From an uncultured bacterium (lineage in GTDB: Bacteria; Verrucomicrobiota; Kiritimatiellia; RFP12; UBA1067): 61,762 nucleotides of DNA. Under the pieces are notes generated by a model. That model ran no database searches. It was not told where the DNA came from and saw nothing but the letters and a program-made list of their open reading frames with translations. The stretch spans positions 1 through 61,762 of the forward strand of contig CACWJS010000018.1 of the NCBI GenBank assembly GCA_902761275.1, in the 5' to 3' direction. The position numbers and the translations under genes are program-made. Position 1 is the stretch's first letter. The number at the start of each line of letters is the position of its first letter. Shown piece after piece: positions 54,342 through 61,762 of the stretch.

Positions 54342-55078
54342 CCGACGCACATTGCCATGTCTCCTGCGGTGACTCGTCTGTGCGCGAGTTGCTTATTGGT
54401 CGCGACTTCTTTGGCGTTCATCCCTGGGAGACGCTCGATGATGGGACAACCGGGACAGGCGGGACAACCGAGACAAGACGAGCATTAGTATCGGATGTTC
54501 CATTTCTCGCTACGCTTCGCGCTCAACTTCTCGACCACCCAAACGCTGGCGTTGGCGAGATTGGGCTTGATCGTCTGAAAAGCCGCGACATTTCACCGCG
54601 CATGCGCGAGGTCTTCGAGGCGCAGCTTGCGCTTGCTCTGGAACTTGGTCGCCCCGTTGTTCTTCACGGCGCGAAGTGCTGGGGTCAGGTCGTCACAACG
54701 GTTTGCCGCCATCTTTCCCACTCCCCCACTCCCCCACCCCCCCACTCCCCCACTCCTCCACTCCCCCACTCCCCCACTCCCTCATTCCTTTTTCATGGCT
54801 TTTCCAGATCTGACGGGCTTATTCCAGAGATTGTCAAGCTCAATGGTTTTATTTCAGTGGGACCGGCCGTTTTGAACGACCACGCCGTGAACTACCGCGA
54901 GCTCGTTAAGAAAATCCCGCTCGACCGGCTCCTCGTCGAAACCGACAGGACTTCTTCTTCAGACTCTCCGCCGATCTCCGACGTCCTTGCCAAAACGGCC
55001 GACATCCTAAATATCTCCTCTGCGGAACTCGAGCGGATTACCGACGAAAACGCCGACCGATTCCTTGGCGTCGTGTGA
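54338..55078 (+). CDS. tatD: TatD-family metal-dependent hydrolase
   Basis: The sequence has DAHCHV, GEIGLD, PVVLHG, FHGFS and LLVETD. The ATGA overlaps the upstream stop. Two low-complexity inserts are present. Confidence 0.8.
   Translation: MTDAHCHVSCGDSSVRELLIGRDFFGVHPWETLDDGTTGTGGTTETRRALVSDVPFLATLRAQLLDHPNAGVGEIGLDRLKSRDISPRMREVFEAQLALALELGRPVVLHGAKCWGQVVTTVCRHLSHSPTPPPPHSPTPPLPHSPTPSFLFHGFSRSDGLIPEIVKLNGFISVGPAVLNDHAVNYRELVKKIPLDRLLVETDRTSSSDSPPISDVLAKTADILNISSAELERITDENADRFLGVV
54443..54476. repeat. GGGACA-type G-run array in frame in tatD
   Basis: gggacaaccgggacaggcgggacaaccgagacaa is translated as GTTGTGGTTETR. Confidence 0.7.
54717..54783. repeat. CCACTCCCC oligo-repeat array in frame in tatD (same family as 42511-42604)
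   Basis: cccactcccccactcccccaccccccactcccccactcctccactcccccactcccccactccctc is translated as [23 protein letters not shown]. Confidence 0.9.
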
Positions 55079-55084
55079 TATAAT
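55079..55084 (+). promoter_or_regulatory. -10 box (TGATATAAT), 7 nt upstream of the thiD ATG
   Basis: The sequence reads gtgTGATATAATacgtgtcATG. The TGA of tatD is the TG of the extended -10. Confidence 0.45.
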
Positions 55085-55091
55085 ACGTGTC

Positions 55092-55913
55092 ATGAGCGGT
55101 GCAATATCTCCTTGCTGTCTTACAATCGCCGGAAGTGATTCTGGCGGCAACGCCGGCGTTCAGGCGGACTTGCGCGCTTTTCACGCCTACGGGCTTCACG
55201 GCTGTACTGTCTTTGCGGCGCTGACGGCGCAGAACCCGGCGGGAGTCTCTGCAATCCACGCCGTTCCGGCCGACTTTGTCGCTGCGCAGCTTGATGCGGT
55301 TCTTGGCGTTTACGAGATTCGCGCTCTTAAGACGGGGATGCTTGCCGACCCTGCGGCCATTGAAGTCGTCGCTGGCAGGATTGCTTCGCATCCTGAGATT
55401 GCAAAGGTGATAGACCCCGTGATGATTGCGACGAGCGGCGCGCGGCTCGTGTCTGACGATGCAGTTGCAGCTCTCACGAAGCGTCTTCTCCCGCTTGCCA
55501 CGCTTGTCACGCCGAACTTGCCCGAGGCCGAAGCGCTTTGCGGAGTTGCCGTTGATCCGGCAGAAGGTCGCGCGGCGGATTCTAATCATGCGAGGGAGCT
55601 TGCCGAACGGCTTTACGAAAAGTTCGGCTGTGCCGTGCTTGTGAAGGGCGGCCATGGTTCTGGTTCGATGGCGGTTGACGTTCTTTTTGACGGAAAGTCG
55701 TTTGAGGAGTTTTCGATGCCGTGGGTTGCCAATCCCGTTTCCACTCACGGCACCGGCTGTTCGCTTGCGGCTGCGCTTGCCGCAGAACTCGCGCTTGGCC
55801 ACGATCTTTCCGCTGCCGTTCGCGGCGCAAAAGCGTATGTGCATGACGCGATAGCGCGGTCGTATCTCGTCGGTGAGAATTGCGGTGTCCTGGGCTTCGC
55901 CCCGCGCGCATAG
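55092..55913 (+). CDS. thiD: hydroxymethylpyrimidine / phosphomethylpyrimidine kinase
   Basis: The sequence has CLTIAGSDSGGNAGVQADL, LKTGML, DPVMIATSG, VKGGH and THGTGCSLAAALA. Confidence 0.9.
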   Translation: MSGAISPCCLTIAGSDSGGNAGVQADLRAFHAYGLHGCTVFAALTAQNPAGVSAIHAVPADFVAAQLDAVLGVYEIRALKTGMLADPAAIEVVAGRIASHPEIAKVIDPVMIATSGARLVSDDAVAALTKRLLPLATLVTPNLPEAEALCGVAVDPAEGRAADSNHARELAERLYEKFGCAVLVKGGHGSGSMAVDVLFDGKSFEEFSMPWVANPVSTHGTGCSLAAALAAELALGHDLSAAVRGAKAYVHDAIARSYLVGENCGVLGFAPRA

Positions 55914-55960
55914 ATTTCGCGTCGAGATCCTTGCGATTGACTTCGCATTGTTGCTGGGTG

Positions 55961-55966
55961 TATAAT
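55961..55966 (+). promoter_or_regulatory. -10 box TATAAT, 7 nt upstream of the GH2 ATG
   Basis: The sequence reads gggtgTATAATctcggtcATG. Confidence 0.45.
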
Positions 55967-55973
55967 CTCGGTC

Positions 55974-57719
55974 ATGAAAGTGAAGATGATAGTGATTTGT
56001 GCCGCGCTTTTTGCCGCCGCTTTTACGGTGCGTGCGGAGCTTGAGCGGGTTTCGCTCGATGGAACATGGGACTTCGCGTTCGCGCGGGACGCAAAGCTTT
56101 CGACGGCGACGAGCGACTTTGAGGCAACCGACAGGATGGTCGTGCCTGGGTGCTTCGACCTAATGCCGAAATGGTACGCGCAGCGCGGGCTTGCGCACTA
56201 CCGCCGCACGTTCGCGCTCGGCAAGCCGGCCAAGGATGCATGGCTCGTCGTGAAGGGCATGGGATTGCAGGCGAAGTTCTTCATCGACGGACGCGAAGTC
56301 GCGGTGTCGAAGCTTCCCTATTCCATGCTTGAGATTCCGCTCGGGCCCCTCTCGGCGGGCGAACACACGCTCGTCGTCGCACTCGACAACCGGCTCGACG
56401 ACTCGAAGGATCTCGTCTTCAAGGGGTTCTACGACTTCTTTCTTTCGGGCGGTTTCTATCACGGCGTGGAGCTAAAGCTTCAGCACGAGGAAGTTGAGCT
56501 TGACCGCGTGGTCGTCAGGACTCGCGACTACAAGACTGGCGCAGTCGAGCTCGCGCTTGAGGCGAAGGGCGCTCTTCCCGCTTCCATCGACGCGGCAGTC
56601 TCGTTCGACGGCGGCACGGCAAAGACAGTCCGATTTGCCGACGGGCGCGCACGCCTTGAAGTGCCGTCGTTCAAACTGTGGAGCCCAGAGTGCCCCAACC
56701 TCCATCGCGTGACCGTCGCGGCTGGTGCATTCGGCACGGTCTCTGCGCGGTTCGGCATACGCGAGTTCGCTGCCCACGACAAGGCGCTCTGGCTCAACGG
56801 CAAGAAGGTGTGGCTAAAGGGCGTCAACCGCCACGATTCCGACCCTGAGGACGGCTACGCTACTTCGCCCTCGACGATGCTCCGCGACATTCAGCTCATA
56901 AAGTCCATCGGCTGCAACTACATTCGCGGCTCCCACTACACGCAGTGCGACGACTTCCTCTCGCTCTGCGACGAGGCGGGGCTTATGGTCTGGGAGGAGT
57001 CGCTCGGCTGGGGCAACTACGGCGAGCTCGACGACCCCGGCTTCATGGCAGCGCAGGCGGAGCAGACGCGTCTCATGGCGAAGGCGTCGATCAACCATCC
57101 GTCTGTCGTGATCAACGGCTTTCTCAACGAATTCGGGTCAAATCTTGCTAACGGGCTTGCCATCGCCAATTTGCTTGTCGACACTATTCGCGCCGAGGAC
57201 ACGGGCCATCTCGTGACTTACGCGAGCTCTCACCCGACAGACGACATCTGCGCGTCGAATCTCGACTTCATCGCGTTCAACACTTATCCCGGCTGGCATC
57301 AGGATTCCTCGCGCGCGTCCACCCCGGAGTCGCTCGACAAGACGATCAAGGACCGCTTCAATGCCTGCGTAAAATACCTTCGCAAGACCTATGGCGACGA
57401 CAAGCCGATCATAGTCGGCGAGACTGGATGCTACTCGATCTACGGCTGCCACGACCCGATGGCCGCGCAGTGGACGGAGGAATACCAGAGCGAATACCTC
57501 GACCACTGGCTCAAGATCGTCAAGGCCTCGCCAGAGATCGCCGGCTTTACTGTCTGGCAGTTCTGCGACGCGCGCACCTACTTCCGCGGCGGAAGCGACA
57601 TTCGCCTGAAGCCGCTCGCGTTCAACCTTGCGGGGCTCTACGACCGCCACCGCAACGCAAAGATGGCGGCTGAGACGGTGAAGCGGCACTACGCCGAAAA
57701 GCCGCCTACGGCAGACTGA
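55974..57719 (+). CDS. glycoside hydrolase family 2 (beta-glucuronidase / beta-galactosidase-like), secreted
   Basis: Signal peptide MKVKMIVICAALFAAAFTVRA. The sugar-binding domain pattern is present. Other matches are GVNRHDSDPEDGYA, NYIRGSHYTQCDDFLSLCDEAGLMVWEE and IVGETG. Confidence 0.8.
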   Translation: MKVKMIVICAALFAAAFTVRAELERVSLDGTWDFAFARDAKLSTATSDFEATDRMVVPGCFDLMPKWYAQRGLAHYRRTFALGKPAKDAWLVVKGMGLQAKFFIDGREVAVSKLPYSMLEIPLGPLSAGEHTLVVALDNRLDDSKDLVFKGFYDFFLSGGFYHGVELKLQHEEVELDRVVVRTRDYKTGAVELALEAKGALPASIDAAVSFDGGTAKTVRFADGRARLEVPSFKLWSPECPNLHRVTVAAGAFGTVSARFGIREFAAHDKALWLNGKKVWLKGVNRHDSDPEDGYATSPSTMLRDIQLIKSIGCNYIRGSHYTQCDDFLSLCDEAGLMVWEESLGWGNYGELDDPGFMAAQAEQTRLMAKASINHPSVVINGFLNEFGSNLANGLAIANLLVDTIRAEDTGHLVTYASSHPTDDICASNLDFIAFNTYPGWHQDSSRASTPESLDKTIKDRFNACVKYLRKTYGDDKPIIVGETGCYSIYGCHDPMAAQWTEEYQSEYLDHWLKIVKASPEIAGFTVWQFCDARTYFRGGSDIRLKPLAFNLAGLYDRHRNAKMAAETVKRHYAEKPPTAD

Positions 57720-58239
57720 TGATTTTCTTCTCGGGCTTGACGCCGGGGAGTTTCGAGTTGTTCTCGGCCTTGAGGCGCTTTATGAGCGAGGAGACGGCCG
57801 TCGTCCACTTCGCGGCGTGCGGAGGGTTGTAGCGCTTCCCGAAAGCGGCGAGGTCGCCGGTGTAGTGCTTGCGGATCGTCCCCGCGGCCCAGTATCCCTG
57901 CACGTAGAACGACTTGACGCCGTCGCGGTAGCGGTGCGCCTTGTGCCCGGAATCCATCGGCCCGCCGACGCCGAACTCGAGCCCTGGGCGGCCGTTCTCG
58001 TGGCGGCGGATCGCCGCGAGGAGCCATGTTGCCTCGTCGCTTAGGTCGTAGTTGACCGCGATCTGGCGGATCATCTTCCATTCTGAAGCCGGGATAAGCG
58101 GCTTTTTCGGCGTCTCTGCGGGCTTCGCGCTCTTCGCGGGAGTCGTCACAGGCGTCGCCACGCTCTTTGCGGGCATATTCGCGCCAAGCGCCGCCGTAGC
58201 CGCGAAAAGCGCGAAGACAGTATGCAGGCAGAATTTCAC
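57706..58239 (-). CDS. small secreted hypothetical protein
   Basis: A GTG start lies 7 nt downstream of a minus-strand TGGTATAAT. The signal-like N-terminus is (M)KFCLHTVFALFAATAALGA. A Pro/Thr/Lys linker and a globular part (AIRRHENGRPGLEFGVGGP...) follow. The rest of the 507-aa ORF-track entry is antisense shadow. Confidence 0.5.
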   Translation of the reverse strand: MKFCLHTVFALFAATAALGANMPAKSVATPVTTPAKSAKPAETPKKPLIPASEWKMIRQIAVNYDLSDEATWLLAAIRRHENGRPGLEFGVGGPMDSGHKAHRYRDGVKSFYVQGYWAAGTIRKHYTGDLAAFGKRYNPPHAAKWTTAVSSLIKRLKAENNSKLPGVKPEKKIISLP

Positions 58240-58246
58240 AGCCCAA

Positions 58247-58269
58247 ATTATACCAAAAAGTGGTATAAT
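58247..58269. promoter_or_regulatory. back-to-back divergent extended -10 promoters forming a perfect palindrome
   Basis: ATTATACCA-aaaag-TGGTATAAT. The arms are exact reverse complements. The flanking starts are at 58239 (-) and 58279 (+). Confidence 0.5.
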
Positions 58270-58278
58270 AGGTGGAAC

Positions 58279-59214
58279 ATGAAAAGGACAAATGGTTGGG
58301 TTTATTTTGGCGAAAGCGCCAAGTCGGCCATGTGCGCAATCGCGGTGCTCTTTGCCGCGATGTTGTCGTTGTCGGCAGTTGCGGCCGATCCGGTCGAATG
58401 GGAGAATATCGACCCGGCGCACTATCTCGCGGGACGCATGGCCTCCGCCGGCTACCTTCGCGGCAAGGTCGTCTTGCTCGACTACCGCGACTACGGCGAC
58501 AAGAGCGGCGTAGACGCGATGCGCCGACTGGAAGAAATATGGCAGACTTTCAAGATGAAGCCGTTCGTCCTCATTGGCAGCCATCGCGGAACGGCTGGAG
58601 CCGAGAAGATCAAGCGCATCGCCGAGGGGCTCAAGCTCACGTTCCCCATCTACAAGGAAGCCGACATCGTGCGCACGGAGGAGCAGAAGGCCACTGATTC
58701 CGAGCACATCGGCTTCATGTATGTCATCAGCGGTACGGGAAAGATACTCTATTGCGGCAAGGACGACCGCCGCATGTCGGGAGTCATAGCGAGCGCGCTC
58801 ATCTCGATGCGAAGTCCGACGACGGTTAAGCAGTGGAAGCACTACATCGACTACGACATAAAGGTCCTCCCCGGGAAGGCGTATGTCGAGATAGAGGAGT
58901 TCCGCAAGTCGCACCCGAAGGAGGCGGCGGCATATGACGAGGTCTGGGCGAAGTTCAACGAGGACAGCGAGATAAGGCGCCTTGCAAAGCTTGAGCGCAT
59001 AGCCCAGCAGGCCAAGGACTACGATTTCAAGGACGCAAATTCGAAGCGGCTCAACCTCGAGAAGGTCGAAAAGGCGATTGAGCTTTCCGCCGACCTCAAG
59101 AAGAGCGAGAATCCGTTTGTCGCCCAGGAGGCGAAGAACTGCATCGCAGACCTTACCTGGACGGCGGCAATGCTGAAGCCCGCCGAAAACTCTAAGAAAC
59201 AAGGAGAAAAATGA
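58279..59214 (+). CDS. secreted thioredoxin-fold (redoxin-like) protein lacking CXXC, with a helical C-terminal domain
   Basis: GKVVLLDYRDYGDKSGVDAMRRLEEIWQTFKMKPFVLIGSH....LTFPIY is paralogous to 53562 and 59211. The start is set at ATG 58279. Confidence 0.6.
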   Translation: MKRTNGWVYFGESAKSAMCAIAVLFAAMLSLSAVAADPVEWENIDPAHYLAGRMASAGYLRGKVVLLDYRDYGDKSGVDAMRRLEEIWQTFKMKPFVLIGSHRGTAGAEKIKRIAEGLKLTFPIYKEADIVRTEEQKATDSEHIGFMYVISGTGKILYCGKDDRRMSGVIASALISMRSPTTVKQWKHYIDYDIKVLPGKAYVEIEEFRKSHPKEAAAYDEVWAKFNEDSEIRRLAKLERIAQQAKDYDFKDANSKRLNLEKVEKAIELSADLKKSENPFVAQEAKNCIADLTWTAAMLKPAENSKKQGEK

Positions 59215-60062
59215 TGATGAAAAAGACAATCATTGTCGCCGCCTGCGCGCTTTCCACGCTTTTCGCGAGCGGCGCGGCAAAGTGGAAGAACCTCGACGAC
59301 AAGTCGCATGTGTGCGGCCCTAAGCTGACGGAGGCCGACCTGCTCGGCAAGGCCGTCCTTGTCTTCTACTGGGACGTGGCGGACGATCGCAGCGTCAAGT
59401 ATCTCCCCGAGGTGGAGAAGGTGTGGAGCGCATTCAAGACGAAGAAGTTTGTTGTCGTGGGCAACTACACCGGAGTGAAGAATGACGAAAAGATCAAGGA
59501 GGCGGTTCAGAAGAACAAGGTGACGTTCCCGGTCTACTACAAGTTCAGCCTCGATCCCGATCCTCAGACGATCAAGAGCGTTCCGTACTTCAATGTGATC
59601 AACCACCGTGGCGTCAGCGTCTACGGCGGCGTGGGAGTCAAGGACGGCACCGAAAAGGTTGTCGACTCCATTGGTGCCATCGGTATGCCTATATCGCTTT
59701 GCGGCGACGTGGATCTCAAGAAGTTCAAGGGCCTTGCCGGCCAGCTCAAGCTCGGCAAGAACCTGACTAATGTCATAAAGCAGTTGGAGAAGAAGAAGGC
59801 GGACAAGGATATAAACGTCGCAAGCGAGGCGCAGGAGCTGCTTTCTGCGGTTGAAAGCGCGAAAGACGATGTTAAGGCCGATATCGATCTCTACAAGGAG
59901 GCCGATCCCGCCGAGGCGATTAAGCTGATCCAGCTTTTTATGAAGACATGGCCGAAGGACGATTCCGTCGCCGACATGAAGGAAGCTCTGCCGGAGCTCA
60001 AGAAGGCCGCTGCCGAGAAGGCAAAGACCGACAAGGCGAAGGCGAAGGAAAAGGCAAAATAG
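59211..60062 (+). CDS. secreted thioredoxin-fold (redoxin-like) protein lacking CXXC, with a helical Lys/Glu-rich C-terminal domain
   Basis: A Shine-Dalgarno AAGGAG lies at 59201-59206. There are three consecutive ATGs (59211, 59214, 59217). The redoxin-like stretch is GKAVLVFYWDVADDRSVKYLPEVEKVWSAFKTKKFVVVGNY....VTFPVY. Confidence 0.6.
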   Translation: MMMKKTIIVAACALSTLFASGAAKWKNLDDKSHVCGPKLTEADLLGKAVLVFYWDVADDRSVKYLPEVEKVWSAFKTKKFVVVGNYTGVKNDEKIKEAVQKNKVTFPVYYKFSLDPDPQTIKSVPYFNVINHRGVSVYGGVGVKDGTEKVVDSIGAIGMPISLCGDVDLKKFKGLAGQLKLGKNLTNVIKQLEKKKADKDINVASEAQELLSAVESAKDDVKADIDLYKEADPAEAIKLIQLFMKTWPKDDSVADMKEALPELKKAAAEKAKTDKAKAKEKAK

Positions 60063-60070
60063 AAGTGAAT

Positions 60071-61729
60071 ATGAAGACTGACTTTCGCAACATAACAGAG
60101 ATACTTGAGCGCAATGCGGCGGAGTGGCCGAATGACGTCGCGCTTGTCGAGATAAACCCGCAGGAGCTTGAGGCCCGCCACACCACCTGGCGCGAATACT
60201 CGCTCATCGAAAGCTCGCCCATCGAGGCGTTCAGGAGCGAGATGACGTGGCGCGAGTTCGACGAGAAGGCGAACCGCTTCGCGAACCTCCTCTTGAGCCG
60301 AGGGTACAAGCGCGGCGAAAAGGTCGCGATACTTCTCATGAACTGCCTTGAGTGGCTGCCCGTCTACTTCGGCATCCTCAAGGCGGGCTGCATGGCCGTG
60401 CCGCTGAACTTCCGCTATACGGCTGACGAGATAAAGTACTGCCTCACGCTCTCCGACGCGGCGGCGCTTGTCTTTGGCCCAGAGTTCACCGGGCGCGTCG
60501 AGCAGATAATCGACCGCGTTCCGGCCGTGCGCGACCGCTTCTACGTCGGCGACGACTGCCCGACGTTCGCGATGTCCTATCGCGCGCTTCTCGGCTACTG
60601 CTCGTCGAAGTCGCCGACGATCCCCATGGTGCCCGAAGACGAGGCGGCGATCTATTTCTCGTCCGGCACGACCGGCTTCCCCAAAGCGATCGTCCTCCAG
60701 CACAGGTGCCTCCTGCACTCGTGTCGCGTCGAGCAGGCCCACCACGGCCAGACGAAAGACGACTGCTTCCTCTGCATCCCGCCCCTTTACCACACCGGCG
60801 CGAAGATGCATTGGTTCGGCTCCTTCCTCGTCGGCGGCAGGGCGGTGCTGCTGAAGGGCGTGAAGCCAGAGTGGATCATCCGCGCGGCGAGCGAGGAGAA
60901 GTGCACCATCGTGTGGCTTCTCGTTCCGTGGGCGCAGGACATTCTCGACGCAATCGAGCGCGGTGACGTCAAGCTCGAGGACTACCAGCTCTCGCAGTGG
61001 CGTCTCATGCATATCGGCGCGCAGCCCGTGCCGCCCGCCCTCATCAAGAGGTGGAAGACGGTGTTCCCGCACCACGACTACGACACGAACTACGGGCTTT
61101 CCGAGTCGACTGGCCCAGGAGCCGTCCATCTCGGAGTAGAGAACATCGACCACGTCGGCGCGATCGGCGTTGCTGGTTTTGGATGGCAGACGAAGATCGT
61201 CGGACCCGACGGCATCACGCCAGTGAAGCCAGGCGAGGTCGGCGAGCTTGCGCTGAAGGGCCCCGGCGTGATGAAGGAGTATTACCACAACCCCGAGGCA
61301 ACGGCCGAGATAATGAAGGAGCCGGACTGGCTTCTCACCGGCGACATGGCCGAGGAGCGTGACGGCTTCATATACCTCGTTGACCGTGCGAAGGACGTCA
61401 TCATCACCGGCGGCGAGAACCTGTACCCCGTGCAGATCGAGGACTTCATCCGTGCGAACCCCAAGGTCAAGGACGTCGCGGTCATCGGGCTTCCCGATGC
61501 GCGTCTCGGCGAAATCGCCGCGGCGATTGTGTCCGTCAAGGAAGGGATGACGCTCACCGAGCAGGAGTTCAATGACTTCTGCCTCGACCTCCCGCGCTAC
61601 AAGCGTCCGCGCAAGGTCATCTTCGCGGAAGTTCCGCGCAACCCGACGGGCAAGATCGAAAAGCCGAAGCTCCGCAAGATGTACGGAGCCGCCGGACTCG
61701 TCGCCCAGCAGAACGGCATCACGGCCTGA
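60071..61729 (+). CDS. AMP-dependent acyl-CoA synthetase/ligase
   Basis: The sequence has the AMP-binding motif IYFSSGTTGFPKAIV, then YGLSESTG, LTGDM..RDGFIYLVDRAKDVIITGGENLYP and GKIEKPKLR. The ORF-track start at 59948 overlaps the upstream gene and is rejected. Confidence 0.85.
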   Translation: MKTDFRNITEILERNAAEWPNDVALVEINPQELEARHTTWREYSLIESSPIEAFRSEMTWREFDEKANRFANLLLSRGYKRGEKVAILLMNCLEWLPVYFGILKAGCMAVPLNFRYTADEIKYCLTLSDAAALVFGPEFTGRVEQIIDRVPAVRDRFYVGDDCPTFAMSYRALLGYCSSKSPTIPMVPEDEAAIYFSSGTTGFPKAIVLQHRCLLHSCRVEQAHHGQTKDDCFLCIPPLYHTGAKMHWFGSFLVGGRAVLLKGVKPEWIIRAASEEKCTIVWLLVPWAQDILDAIERGDVKLEDYQLSQWRLMHIGAQPVPPALIKRWKTVFPHHDYDTNYGLSESTGPGAVHLGVENIDHVGAIGVAGFGWQTKIVGPDGITPVKPGEVGELALKGPGVMKEYYHNPEATAEIMKEPDWLLTGDMAEERDGFIYLVDRAKDVIITGGENLYPVQIEDFIRANPKVKDVAVIGLPDARLGEIAAAIVSVKEGMTLTEQEFNDFCLDLPRYKRPRKVIFAEVPRNPTGKIEKPKLRKMYGAAGLVAQQNGITA

Positions 61730-61762
61730 GGCCGCACCAAAGCGAGGCAACCTACATGGACC

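Noticed and set aside
61756-61762. ATG at 61756 as the start of a next gene at the window edge.
   Set aside because: Only 7 nt are available, so it cannot be supported.

Overview
This is a 61.8-kb, high-GC, very gene-dense bacterial chromosomal segment. It holds about 45 protein genes and 2 tRNA-Ser genes. All but two genes are on the + strand, and many have overlapping stop/start codons (ATGA, GTGA, TGATG). The organism is probably a host-associated member of the PVC group (Lentisphaerota, Kiritimatiellota or Verrucomicrobiota); this is inference only. It rests on eight prepilin-type GFTL[IV]E N-termini including a DUF1559/H-X9-DG-like protein, a secretin locus laid out like Akkermansia Amuc_1099/1098, a BspA-type LRR protein, a Listeria-Bacteroides-repeat protein and a C10 peptidase. 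Housekeeping genes are coaE, rho, uvrA, recA, nagA, a parC-like gene, tig (disrupted), clpP, clpX, panD, mnmE, tatD, thiD, a GH2 hydrolase and an acyl-CoA synthetase. No transposase, integrase, CRISPR array or recognisable defence gene was seen. Four things stand out. (1) A family of short C-rich/G-rich oligo-repeat elements is inserted in frame into coaE, uvrA (three sites), mnmE and tatD. The same elements also form the whole rho leader, the clpX stop region and the tig-clpP spacer. (2) A translationally coupled 3-gene operon encodes PKS-like KS, AT and DH domains whose catalytic residues all look substituted. They are fused to an apparently intact phosphopantetheinyl transferase, with no carrier protein, and are followed by an N- and C-terminally truncated KamA-type radical SAM protein. 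(3) A 10-kb coupled operon runs GspF, then six atypical pseudopilins, GspG, a 1039-aa GspK-like protein and a DUF1559 protein, with a response regulator immediately downstream (4-nt gap). It has no ATPase, secretin or prepilin peptidase. (4) (TGn)TATAAT boxes recur 5-9 nt upstream of start codons, which implies widespread leaderless mRNAs. All homology calls were made by eye from motifs, not by database search.
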